Assembly: GCA_964230645.1 (NCBI GenBank)
Contig: CAXRHT010000002.1
Coordinates: 1,664,001-1,728,000 of the forward strand
DNA: 64,000 nucleotides
From: Bdellovibrionales bacterium
GTDB lineage: Bacteria > Bdellovibrionota > Bdellovibrionia > Bdellovibrionales > JAGQZY01
Direction: 5' to 3'
This document shows positions 49,905-59,195 of this stretch, piece after piece (position 1 is the stretch's first letter; each line of letters opens with the position of its first letter). Under the pieces are notes generated by a model. The model was not told the DNA's origin and did no database searches. It worked only from the letters and a program-made list of their open reading frames with translations. The translations under genes were made by a program, and so were the position numbers.

Positions 49905-50589
49905 TGCTTTTTTTGGGGTCCAATCTTTTAGAAGGTCTTGAGGATTCTTTTTGTGGGACAGATTTCACCAACCCTTTTTGTTCCCAATACTCAATAATGC
50001 TCTGCCAAGTCTGTGGGTTTCCGTCAGAGGCAATATAGATATTCCCCTCCGACTTTTTTGAAGCCCCAATGAGAAATTGCACCAAATCACTCACATGGAT
50101 CATATTCACAAACTTTTCGGATTTGCCCACCCGTCCCGATCGCACCCAATCAAGAGGATTTCGGCCAGGGCCGTATATTCCCGCAGACATGACCAGACTA
50201 AATCCAAAGGAGAGTAAGAACTCTTCGCTGCGGGCTCTTTCCTTGGTTTTATCAAAAGGTGAGCTCTCTTCGATGTGCTGATGATCTTTATCAATAGCAA
50301 AGCTTCCAGTTGTTCCGATGACTATTGTTTTTTTGGATTTTTTTCTAAGAACACCGCTAAATTCTTTTGTAGTTTCCTCTATTGAAGGAGGAAACGTCCA
50401 ATAAGTCAGAGTCGCCTCTGGCAATTGATTCCAGCTTTCGGGGTCTTCTATGTCAAAATAAAGGAAGCCCTCTTTTTTTTGTCGGGAAGTCTTTATCAAT
50501 TGAAGACTGGAATCGTTTTTAAGTAACTCTTGTTCAAGATTTTGAGCAACATAGCCATAACCTAATATTAGAACGTCTACTTTATCCAT
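49831..50589 (-). CDS. atypical SDR / NAD-dependent epimerase-like protein
   Basis: ILGYGYVA, AGIYGPGRNP, NMIHVSDL. Confidence 0.85.
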   Translation of the reverse strand: MDKVDVLILGYGYVAQNLEQELLKNDSSLQLIKTSRQKKEGFLYFDIEDPESWNQLPEATLTYWTFPPSIEETTKEFSGVLRKKSKKTIVIGTTGSFAIDKDHQHIEESSPFDKTKERARSEEFLLSFGFSLVMSAGIYGPGRNPLDWVRSGRVGKSEKFVNMIHVSDLVQFLIGASKKSEGNIYIASDGNPQTWQSIIEYWEQKGLVKSVPQKESSRPSKRLDPKKSIKDLNLDLKFHNFQEAVFLMNQPS

Positions 50590-50622
50590 ATTTTGCTTTT
50601 ACTTGAGTGCCCCACCAAAAGC

Positions 50623-50651
50623 AAACAGGCTCTCTGGTTAGAGCCCGTTTT
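50623..50651 (-). terminator. probable terminator after the YceI gene
   Basis: AAACAGGCTCT...AGAGCCCGTTTT hairpin. Confidence 0.6.
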
Positions 50652-50659
50652 CATTCAAA

Positions 50660-51226
50660 TTATTTTTTAGCAAGTTTGCTTGGTTTTCCTTTGAGTTGTA
50701 CTTTAAAGTCTAAGGTCACTTCATTATAGATCATTTTGTCGCCCAGATTTTTAAAGAAATCACCGGAGCCATAAATCATATCATATTTGGTACGATCAAA
50801 TTTCAAAGTGCCTGAATAAACCATTCCTTTTTTGGTGTAGTTGAATTCTACTGGGTTAGTCTTACCTTTGATGGTTAATTTTCCTTTGGCTTTACCGTCT
50901 TTAAGACTTTCAATTTCAAGTTTGGCAGTGGGCCATTTTTTAACTTCAAAAAAGTCTTCACTTTTCATATGGGTAAGGAACTTTGTTTTGTACTCACCAG
51001 TGAGATCTTCGACGGTGATCTGAGTGACATCAAGAACTAAGGTTCCTCCTGATATGTCTTTTCCTTTGGATTTTACCTGAGCCTTTTTTAAAGGAATTTT
51101 TCCGTAATGTTGACCGGTAACCTTTTTTCCTGTCCATTTAAATTCACTTTTAGCCGCATCGACTTCATAGGATTGAGCGGCAAAAGCCATGCTTAAAATT
51201 GATAAGGAAATTAATATTTGTTTCAT
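50660..51226 (-). CDS. YceI family protein
   Basis: Signal peptide; S..KWTGKK..H.G, HMKSEDFFEV..P.A, GKLTIKG, DRTKY. Confidence 0.92.
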   Translation of the reverse strand: MKQILISLSILSMAFAAQSYEVDAAKSEFKWTGKKVTGQHYGKIPLKKAQVKSKGKDISGGTLVLDVTQITVEDLTGEYKTKFLTHMKSEDFFEVKKWPTAKLEIESLKDGKAKGKLTIKGKTNPVEFNYTKKGMVYSGTLKFDRTKYDMIYGSGDFFKNLGDKMIYNEVTLDFKVQLKGKPSKLAKK

Positions 51227-51274
51227 CCTGTCCTCCTGTAACTTTAGTACACTTTTAGATTAAGCTTGACTTTG

Positions 51275-51322
51275 TACAGATAAAAGAACAATTTTAAGGC
51301 TATCTTGTTCTAAATTTAGGAA
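51275..51322. promoter_or_regulatory. putative LysR T-N11-A boxes
   Basis: TTCTAAATTTAGGAA (51308-51322) and TACAGATAAAAGA (51275-51287) between divergent yceI and lysR genes. Confidence 0.5.
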
Positions 51323-51327
51323 GTTTT

Positions 51328-52188
51328 ATGTGGTTCACAATCGAGCAAATCTTAACTCTCAAGGCTCTTAACGACTTTGGAAGTATCAATGCCGCCTCAG
51401 AGCACCTTAATAAAGCCAAATCGGCCGTAAGTTATTCTATTGAAAAACTTGAGGAACAACTGGGATTTGAGGTCTTGGACCGGAGTCAGTATCGCACTCA
51501 CCTTAGTGAAAAAGGTAAAAACTTTCTTTATCGTTCTCAAAATTTAATGAAGGAATGGGAGGCCTTAAAAGAGGAGGTTCAAAAAATCGCCTCGGGTGTA
51601 GAGATGAAACTCTCCCTAAGTGCTACAGCCATTTACCCCACCAACAAGCTCAACCCCGTTCTGCAAGGAGTGATTGAAAAGTTCCCTTCCACTGAATTCA
51701 TTTTTCACAGGGAAATTTTAAGTGGAGAAAAAATGCTCCTCACCGATCAAGTGGATATTGGGATTTTTGAAAGTCTGCAGAATACTGTCGATATCGAGGG
51801 AAAGAAAATTGGTAGCACCTGTTTAAAACTTGTGATCTGTCAAAACCATCCTTTTTTAGATCTTCCAAAAAAAGAACAAACTATGAGTGCCTTAGCTCGC
51901 TATCCACATATCATTCAAAGAAGTACGATTAGTGATTCTCAAAGCTTTGGACCTAAGGAAGAAGCCCCTCGGTGGACCGTCTCTGATATTGATTCCAAAA
52001 AAGATCTTATTCTCAATAACTTTGGATGGGGCCGACTGCCTGAGGACTTTGTGACAAAAGAGCTAAAGTCTAAGAAATTAGTCCACCTCGATCATCTGAA
52101 CTATGATCACAAACTGGATATTTTTATTTGCCGAAAGAAAAACAAGAACTTTGGTCCCGTTCACAATTTTATTTGGAATTCATTTTAG
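51328..52188 (+). CDS. LysR family transcriptional regulator
   Basis: GSINAASEHLNKAKSAVSYSIEKLEEQLG; GWGRLP. Confidence 0.93.
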   Translation: MWFTIEQILTLKALNDFGSINAASEHLNKAKSAVSYSIEKLEEQLGFEVLDRSQYRTHLSEKGKNFLYRSQNLMKEWEALKEEVQKIASGVEMKLSLSATAIYPTNKLNPVLQGVIEKFPSTEFIFHREILSGEKMLLTDQVDIGIFESLQNTVDIEGKKIGSTCLKLVICQNHPFLDLPKKEQTMSALARYPHIIQRSTISDSQSFGPKEEAPRWTVSDIDSKKDLILNNFGWGRLPEDFVTKELKSKKLVHLDHLNYDHKLDIFICRKKNKNFGPVHNFIWNSF

Positions 52189-52329
52189 TTTCCCTTTAAC
52201 TAAACTCATTTAGTTTTGAGATCCATTGTGGTTTTCCATCAATTGTATTGTTTTGAAACACCAATATTCCTTGCACTCTCTAAATCTTTGAAATTTCCCA
52301 TAAAAGTACATATTTTCCCCCAATTTTGT

Positions 52330-52356
52330 TCAAGCCTTGTCTATATTTTCCGATGA
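52330..52356 (+). promoter_or_regulatory. putative sigma-28 (FliA) promoter
   Basis: TCAA-N15-TCCGATGA upstream of the fibre gene. Confidence 0.55.
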
Positions 52357-52383
52357 GTACTGTAGCTATATATCGAGGATTAA

Positions 52384-55300
52384 ATGGTACGTTGGTCAAA
52401 TCTTTTTATAATAAGCTTTATTGCTTTTTGGCATTGCTTTGCTCATGCGGCACCATCGACCTTTACCTATCAAGGCCAAATTATCAAACCCAACGGTCAA
52501 GCCCTCGAAGCCTCAAGTGTTAGTTTTGTCATTGAAGTGGTTTCTCCCGGAGCGGAAGAATGTATCCTTTATCGCGAAGGCCACACTTTAAATATGTCGA
52601 ATTCCAATGGAATTTTCGCTATTGAAGTGGGTACAGGAACGCAATCCGGTTCTCAATATCAAGACACAACCAACTTACAAACAGCGATGAGTAATTCCAC
52701 CGGCACGGTGAATCCAGATCTATGTGTGATGGGTGGAAGTTACACTCCTACTTTGACAGACGGAAGAAAATTAAGGGTTTCTTTTAACGATGGATCAGGT
52801 TTGGTTACTCTCGATGAGGACCACAATGTTGTGAGTGTCCCATACGCTGATAGTGCTAGTTCTCTTGATGGCTTAGGGGCTGTTGACTTTATCCAGGTTA
52901 ATAGCGGCCCAGGATTCAACCTTGACCAAACCAATATAAATTTTGTTTTTAATGACGCCAACTGGACCGAGCTGCAAGCTCTTCTTGATGGTAGTAGTTC
53001 AAGCTTCACCGCCCCTGCCCCCTCGGGTGACGTAGATAACAACAATCAAAAAATCATCAATCTCGATAACCCCGATCCGAACACAGACTCAGATGCTGTC
53101 AATGTTGGCTACGCTAGAAGTTACATTGGCGGACAACAAGTAAATACGACTGATATAGGAGCATTGGGTGCTGGTCAAGATGGCGAAGTTCTTACTTGGG
53201 ATGGAACTCAGTGGAATTCCGAAGTAATTAATGACACCTCAAAATTACCTCTTGGTGGTGGGACAATGACTGGTCCTATCGATATGGGAAGTCAAAACTT
53301 AACTAACGCTAACAATATAGCTGCGGGTAATGACGTCTCTGTGGGTAACGATCTCACTGTTGCCGGAGGAATTGGTGTAAGTAATGGTGTTAGCTCCGAT
53401 GGCAATGTACTTTTAAATAATGAAAGAGAACTGCAATTATTAGAAGCCACAGTGAATGGAAACGACTATGTTTCGTTAAAGGCGCCATCGAACTTAGCGA
53501 GCCCTGTCAATTTAGTTCTTCCCGGTGATAATGGTGATCCTGGACAGTTTTTACAAACCGATGGTAGCGGTCTCCTCTCCTGGCAGACAGTCACAGCGGG
53601 GGTGAGCTCTTTTAACACACGTACGGGTGCCGTCACAGCACAAGCCAGTGACTATGATGCCAATCAGATTGATTTTGATAACACTTATGGTGGAGACGTC
53701 GACTCTGCTACCGAAGTGCAAGGAGCCATTCAAGAATTAAGTAACGAAAAGGTCGCTAAAAATGGTGACTCAATGACTGGCAATCTTGTTATGGATCTTA
53801 ATGGCGGAGCAACAACAGAACTTCGCTTTATGGACACTGGCACCAACTATGTGGGCTTTCGCGCACCTAACACCGTAACCGCCACTTCTTTTGTCTGGAC
53901 CCTACCTGACGATGATGGATTGGCGGGACAAGTTTTGCAAACAAGTGGCGCTGGCATTCTTTCTTGGACAAGTATGGCCTCAGAATCCCGTACAGTAACG
54001 GCGGGACAAGGTTTAACCGGTGGTGGTGATCTAAGTGCTAACCGCACTTTCGATATTGGAGCTGGAAACGGTATCGCAGTTAATGCCGATGATATTGAGG
54101 TCAGAGCGGGTAACGGAATCAGCGTCGATGGCACGGGAGTGAATGTCGATATAGCGGGTACGGCTGACGAATCCATTGTCGAGGGAGCGGATTCATTATT
54201 GATTCGAGATAATTCCGATGCGAGTAACCTAAAAGAAATGACTCGTGCCAACTTTGTTCTTTCAGAATCTGAGGTGGATACCTTTGTTTCAAACAACGGC
54301 TACTTCGAGGACGGCGGCAATAGCTCAACAGGTAATCTAACTCTTGGAAACAATAATAACTTTGGATTGAACTTTGAAACCAATAATTCGATTGCCATGA
54401 CAATAGATAATATAGGTAATATCGGAATCGGCACAACAAGCCCTAGTCAGAAGCTAGTTATCGGTGATGACCTCGGTGTGATTTCTGGAAACAATGCAGC
54501 AGTTATTGGTGCATCAGGAACTGCTAATACACAGTTATTCATGGGAAATGATGATGACAATTTTGGAAATTTTTATTGGGATGGAACTAATGATGATTTC
54601 CATATTAGAACAAAGAGCGCTGGAACGCTTAACGCTAATCAATTGGTTTTAGATTCATCGGGTAATATTGGTGTGGGTATTCCAACACCCGCCGCACCTT
54701 TACACGTTAGTGAATCTTTTGATCCCGCTATTGGCGCTCTTGATACAGGTACCTTGGCTGTTTTTTCCCGTAGCAACACCGCAAACGCCGATGCTTTCGT
54801 ATCGATCCTTTCAAGAAGTTCTGGTACATCGGGTGTGAATTTCGGGTCACAGGCAGCAGAAGATACAGGCTTTATTCACTACACTCACACCAGCGGATTA
54901 GACTTGGGAACCGCTGGAGCCAGCCGAGTACATATAGACGCATCTGGACTTGTTGGTATAGGAACTTCAGTTCCTAACAGAAATTTAACAGTTTTAAATG
55001 GTGGTAACGATTCTGCTGCTATCGCAATCGAAACTCCAGGAACGCAATCAAATCAGACGGCACAGATTGATTTGGTATCTCTATCCGACTCTAATATTTT
55101 GGGCACTGGCGCAACTAACAAAGGCTGGCAGATCTTTACTCGAGGGGACTCCTTCTCTTCGGCCAATCAAAGGAATGATTTTGGTATTACCCTTTGGGAT
55201 GGCTCTAGTTGGACAGACGCCTTCCGTATTGACTCTATCACCGGTAATATTGGAGTGGGTGTGCTAAATGCCACTTCCAAACTACAGGTTTCCGGCGGAC

Positions 55301-58300
55301 TACAAATTGGTGATGACGCCGCTCTTTGCAATGGCACCAAAGCCGGAACTCTAAAATATAGTGGAACAAGCGTTTCTTACTGTGATGGAACATCTTGGGA
55401 AGCTTTTGGCACAGCTGCCGGTGGTGAAGTTAATACGGCTAGTAACGTCGGCTCTGGAACAGGTATCTTTGCCACTAAAAACACCACGGACCTGGAATTC
55501 AAATCTCTTGGAGCCGGTAGCACAAAGATATCAATTTCAAGCACGGCCACTGATGTGACTCTTGATATTGCCGAAGCTAATTTTGATCCCAGTGTTATTC
55601 CTGTAGGTACAACCACACTAACGGCCTCCAACCTAGAAGCCGCTCTGAATGAGTTAGATAGTGATAAAGCCGAAAACACAAGAATCATAGCCTCAGGCAA
55701 TGGACTAACCGGTGGTGGTGATCTCTCAGCTGACAGAACTCTCGCTGTGGGAGCTGGCAACGGGATTACTGTTAATGCCAATGATGTTGCTGTCACCGCT
55801 GGTAACGGAATTTCAGTAGACGGATCAGGAGTCCATGTCGATGTGACCGGAACTACCGCTGAGACTTCGGTTAACGACGCGGATGAGCTTCTAATTTACG
55901 ACACTTCAGCGACCGCTTTAAGAAAAATGACTCGTGACAATTTCGTCCTTTCCGACTCAGAAGTACAAACAATTGTTAACGCAATGGGGATTGGTGATAT
56001 CTTGAACGGGGGGAACACTGAGGCCTCCGATGTAACAATTGGTACGAATGATGCTTTTAATCTCAACCTTGAGACCGCTGGCAGTACGGCAATGACTATT
56101 AGCAGTTCAGGAAACGTTGGTATTGGAACCACAAGCCCATCTGGCAAATTAACAGTTGAAGGGAATACCGGCGCACTCACTTTACAGAGATTTGGTTCAT
56201 CATTTGGTACCGGTATTATCTTTCGCCATGGGAATGGAACTTCAGGCGCACCAGCCCAATCTCCGTCAAGTAGCGGTGCCGGCCGGATGGTAGGCTATGC
56301 TTATGATGACACAGGCACTTATCGTCCTGTTGCAGGAATCAATTATAATACTCAAGCAAGCATTACATCCACCGATTGGTCCGGACGTATGACCTTCGGC
56401 ACAGGCAATTCAGATGGATCTTACAGTGAAAAGATGAGACTCACTTCTGAAGGTAACGTTGGTCTAGGCACTACAGGGCCAAGCACCAGACTCTATGTGC
56501 TAGATAGTAGAAGCCAATCGCAAGCGGTTTTTGATTCAGAATCGAGACATATAGGTATTACAAATTCCGCAACGAGTAGTTTGATAGATTACTCCCAAGA
56601 AGGGGATCTACGTTTTCGCTCTCAAAATTATGCAAATCGTGGAAATAACTCTGGCACCACCCGCATGACAATAACAGGCAGTGGTGATGTTGGTATTGGA
56701 ACGACCACTCCTAGAGAGGCTTTGGATATTAATGGAAAGCTTACCATTGGTAGTGCCACGGGTGGTGACGCAGGTATCGCTTATTTCAGCCGAGGGTCAG
56801 ATGGTAATGAAACAGTAAAATTAGGTTACCTGAATGCTTCTGAAGATAACGAATTTCAATTTTACCACTCTGGTGGAGATGGATATTTTACCTGGCACAC
56901 CAACGACTCAGCGGTTGAAGAACAGATGAGACTTGATAACCAAGGGCGTTTAGGAATTGGAACCTCAAGTCCTTCAACAGCTCTTGATGTCAATGGAACA
57001 GTGACTGCAACGGCTTTTGTTGGAGATGGCTCAGGACTCACCGGAATTGGTGGTGGTTCTTCAAACTCTGGTGAGAGCTCAAGCAACTATGTGATCAACA
57101 CTGATTCCGATGGATCCACAGGAGATGGTGGAGTTCTTTTTCAATCAAATGGTTCTACCGTTGCTTCAGTAACAGAGTCGGGCTCGATAAATGCCAACTC
57201 CGGTTCCACTTCCCTAGTAGGATTTGGGTTCCAAGGAGATCAGGATACCGGTTTGTTTTCTCCGGCGTCCAATACTGTCTCCCTCAGTGCTGGAGGAGTT
57301 GAAGCTTTAAGAGCTAATTCGGTTGCCTCGGCTGTTAACTATGTCGAAATTAATCCCGCTGTCACTGGTAGCGGTCCGCAAATCGCAGCCGCGGGGGCTG
57401 ATACAAATATTGATCTCAATTTCAGTCCCAAAGGTAGTGGAAACACAGTCTTTACTAACGGAAACGTGGGTATTGGTACAGACTCCCCTATATCTCCGAT
57501 GACAGTCTATGGTAACAATAGCAACCCTCAGTTGCGTGTGTACGGAAACGATGACAAGCGCCTAAATGCCTTCGTTAAAGATGGTGAGGGTTATATTTAC
57601 GCCTACGAAGACTCTCCCGTCCAAACTGTGCCTCTTCATCTTGGAGGAAGTTCCACTTCTCCTCAACTCTCAATCACACAAGTCGGGAATGTTGGAATCG
57701 GGACTACGGCTCCAGCGAGTAAACTCGAAGTGGCTGGAACGACAACCACAACCGGTCTTTCGATAAATGGTGGTGCCGTAGCTGGTAATACTATACTAGC
57801 CTCCACCAACGGTCGAGTTTCTCATTCGTGGAATGGAGGCTCTAGCACTATGACCTTAAGAAATGATAATACTAATAATAATTCTTCAGTCTCAGTGCTA
57901 GCACTTGATCGCTCCAGGTTCGGCGTGACTTCAGATATACAAAGTGGATTTGCCGGGAACATGAGAATGAACTTAGAAGGAGCCACTAACGCGTCCACCG
58001 CTAACGCTGCCGATTTAACTTGGGGCTGGGAGAACAATCAAACCAACGATACTACGGATAGAGACTCCTATGTCAGTCTATCCACGGCACAAGATGACGT
58101 GCTATTGGAAAAATTCAGAATTACCTCTTCGGGCAATGTTGGTATCGGAACAACCAACCCGAGTGCAAAGTTGAATGTTGTTGTTGATTCACCAGTAAAC
58201 CCCGAGGATGATCAAATCGAGCTAACAACCTACGCCGACACTATAGCATCTGGATTGGTTTTGCGAAGAGCTGGTAATTCCTTGGCGAGTCCAGAGCCTG

Positions 58301-59082
58301 TGCCTTTGGGGAGCTATATAGGAGCGATGTTCACTGGCGCCTATGATACAACTCAGTTTATCCCTTCTGGGCATATTGCGATCGGGACAGAGACAGAATT
58401 TACGACAAATTTGGTGGATCAAGATACCTACTATACTCTGCGACTTTTGAATGATGGAGTTGTGGAAGAAAAGATGAGAGTGACTTCCAATGGAAATGTA
58501 GGGTTCAACACTGTGCCGTCGGCTGATTTAGATATTGAAAGCGCAGACTCTGTGGGCACAACCGTTGAAATCACCAGCACGGCTCCTGGTGGCAGGCGCT
58601 ATGTTTTAGGTTCGACTGGTCCAACAAGTACGTCAGGAGCGGCAGGGAACTTTACAATCTTTGATAGAGACTCCGCAGCACATCGATTTTTAATCGCTCC
58701 CGGTGGCGATGTGGGTATAGGATCGACCTCCCCTCGCTCAAAACTTGATGTGGATGGATCTATTTCTTCGGCTCCTGCTTTTGCCGAAGCCGCTGGCGCC
58801 ATTGACTTTGCTAACAGTAACTTTGCGTTTTCAGCTAGTGATTGTGGAGCCTTTGACCTTCATAATATGAAAGATGGGGCCACTTATACTCTAGCCATTC
58901 AAGGCACTGGAGTGGGAACCTGTAACTTCAGTGCTTATGCGACAGGAGATACTTCCGCCCCACTCACGGTAAAATATCCTCCTGGCCATGGAGCCACCAC
59001 AAGTGGAGCGGAAACTCTTTATTCCTTCGTTGTGATCGGAAGTAGCGTCTATGTCGCCTGGGTCCCTGGCTACACACCCTAA
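52384..59082 (+). CDS. phage-tail-fibre-like trimeric surface adhesin (Bdellovibrio MAT-like)
   Basis: Signal peptide + APSTFTYQGQI..P.G..LE N-terminus; about 13 GNVGIGT-like motifs; AG.GLTGGGDLSA.RT phage-fibre motifs. Confidence 0.85.
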   Translation: MVRWSNLFIISFIAFWHCFAHAAPSTFTYQGQIIKPNGQALEASSVSFVIEVVSPGAEECILYREGHTLNMSNSNGIFAIEVGTGTQSGSQYQDTTNLQTAMSNSTGTVNPDLCVMGGSYTPTLTDGRKLRVSFNDGSGLVTLDEDHNVVSVPYADSASSLDGLGAVDFIQVNSGPGFNLDQTNINFVFNDANWTELQALLDGSSSSFTAPAPSGDVDNNNQKIINLDNPDPNTDSDAVNVGYARSYIGGQQVNTTDIGALGAGQDGEVLTWDGTQWNSEVINDTSKLPLGGGTMTGPIDMGSQNLTNANNIAAGNDVSVGNDLTVAGGIGVSNGVSSDGNVLLNNERELQLLEATVNGNDYVSLKAPSNLASPVNLVLPGDNGDPGQFLQTDGSGLLSWQTVTAGVSSFNTRTGAVTAQASDYDANQIDFDNTYGGDVDSATEVQGAIQELSNEKVAKNGDSMTGNLVMDLNGGATTELRFMDTGTNYVGFRAPNTVTATSFVWTLPDDDGLAGQVLQTSGAGILSWTSMASESRTVTAGQGLTGGGDLSANRTFDIGAGNGIAVNADDIEVRAGNGISVDGTGVNVDIAGTADESIVEGADSLLIRDNSDASNLKEMTRANFVLSESEVDTFVSNNGYFEDGGNSSTGNLTLGNNNNFGLNFETNNSIAMTIDNIGNIGIGTTSPSQKLVIGDDLGVISGNNAAVIGASGTANTQLFMGNDDDNFGNFYWDGTNDDFHIRTKSAGTLNANQLVLDSSGNIGVGIPTPAAPLHVSESFDPAIGALDTGTLAVFSRSNTANADAFVSILSRSSGTSGVNFGSQAAEDTGFIHYTHTSGLDLGTAGASRVHIDASGLVGIGTSVPNRNLTVLNGGNDSAAIAIETPGTQSNQTAQIDLVSLSDSNILGTGATNKGWQIFTRGDSFSSANQRNDFGITLWDGSSWTDAFRIDSITGNIGVGVLNATSKLQVSGGLQIGDDAALCNGTKAGTLKYSGTSVSYCDGTSWEAFGTAAGGEVNTASNVGSGTGIFATKNTTDLEFKSLGAGSTKISISSTATDVTLDIAEANFDPSVIPVGTTTLTASNLEAALNELDSDKAENTRIIASGNGLTGGGDLSADRTLAVGAGNGITVNANDVAVTAGNGISVDGSGVHVDVTGTTAETSVNDADELLIYDTSATALRKMTRDNFVLSDSEVQTIVNAMGIGDILNGGNTEASDVTIGTNDAFNLNLETAGSTAMTISSSGNVGIGTTSPSGKLTVEGNTGALTLQRFGSSFGTGIIFRHGNGTSGAPAQSPSSSGAGRMVGYAYDDTGTYRPVAGINYNTQASITSTDWSGRMTFGTGNSDGSYSEKMRLTSEGNVGLGTTGPSTRLYVLDSRSQSQAVFDSESRHIGITNSATSSLIDYSQEGDLRFRSQNYANRGNNSGTTRMTITGSGDVGIGTTTPREALDINGKLTIGSATGGDAGIAYFSRGSDGNETVKLGYLNASEDNEFQFYHSGGDGYFTWHTNDSAVEEQMRLDNQGRLGIGTSSPSTALDVNGTVTATAFVGDGSGLTGIGGGSSNSGESSSNYVINTDSDGSTGDGGVLFQSNGSTVASVTESGSINANSGSTSLVGFGFQGDQDTGLFSPASNTVSLSAGGVEALRANSVASAVNYVEINPAVTGSGPQIAAAGADTNIDLNFSPKGSGNTVFTNGNVGIGTDSPISPMTVYGNNSNPQLRVYGNDDKRLNAFVKDGEGYIYAYEDSPVQTVPLHLGGSSTSPQLSITQVGNVGIGTTAPASKLEVAGTTTTTGLSINGGAVAGNTILASTNGRVSHSWNGGSSTMTLRNDNTNNNSSVSVLALDRSRFGVTSDIQSGFAGNMRMNLEGATNASTANAADLTWGWENNQTNDTTDRDSYVSLSTAQDDVLLEKFRITSSGNVGIGTTNPSAKLNVVVDSPVNPEDDQIELTTYADTIASGLVLRRAGNSLASPEPVPLGSYIGAMFTGAYDTTQFIPSGHIAIGTETEFTTNLVDQDTYYTLRLLNDGVVEEKMRVTSNGNVGFNTVPSADLDIESADSVGTTVEITSTAPGGRRYVLGSTGPTSTSGAAGNFTIFDRDSAAHRFLIAPGGDVGIGSTSPRSKLDVDGSISSAPAFAEAAGAIDFANSNFAFSASDCGAFDLHNMKDGATYTLAIQGTGVGTCNFSAYATGDTSAPLTVKYPPGHGATTSGAETLYSFVVIGSSVYVAWVPGYTP

Positions 59083-59195
59083 TTATTCATAGCTATTCTA
59101 ATAATTTCAAATACTTAGAGATAAAAAGAAGGCTTGATTCCAAAGCCTCTTTTCAATAGATTGTCCCCTTTGATCAAATTGGAATCGAAGGGGTA

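Noticed and set aside
53986..56151. Diversity-generating retroelement template/variable repeat pair
   Set aside because: Both copies are in frame within one gene, differences are not adenine-specific, and no reverse transcriptase is present
52384..59082. Prophage
   Set aside because: The fibre gene has a Sec signal peptide and no capsid, terminase or integrase neighbours
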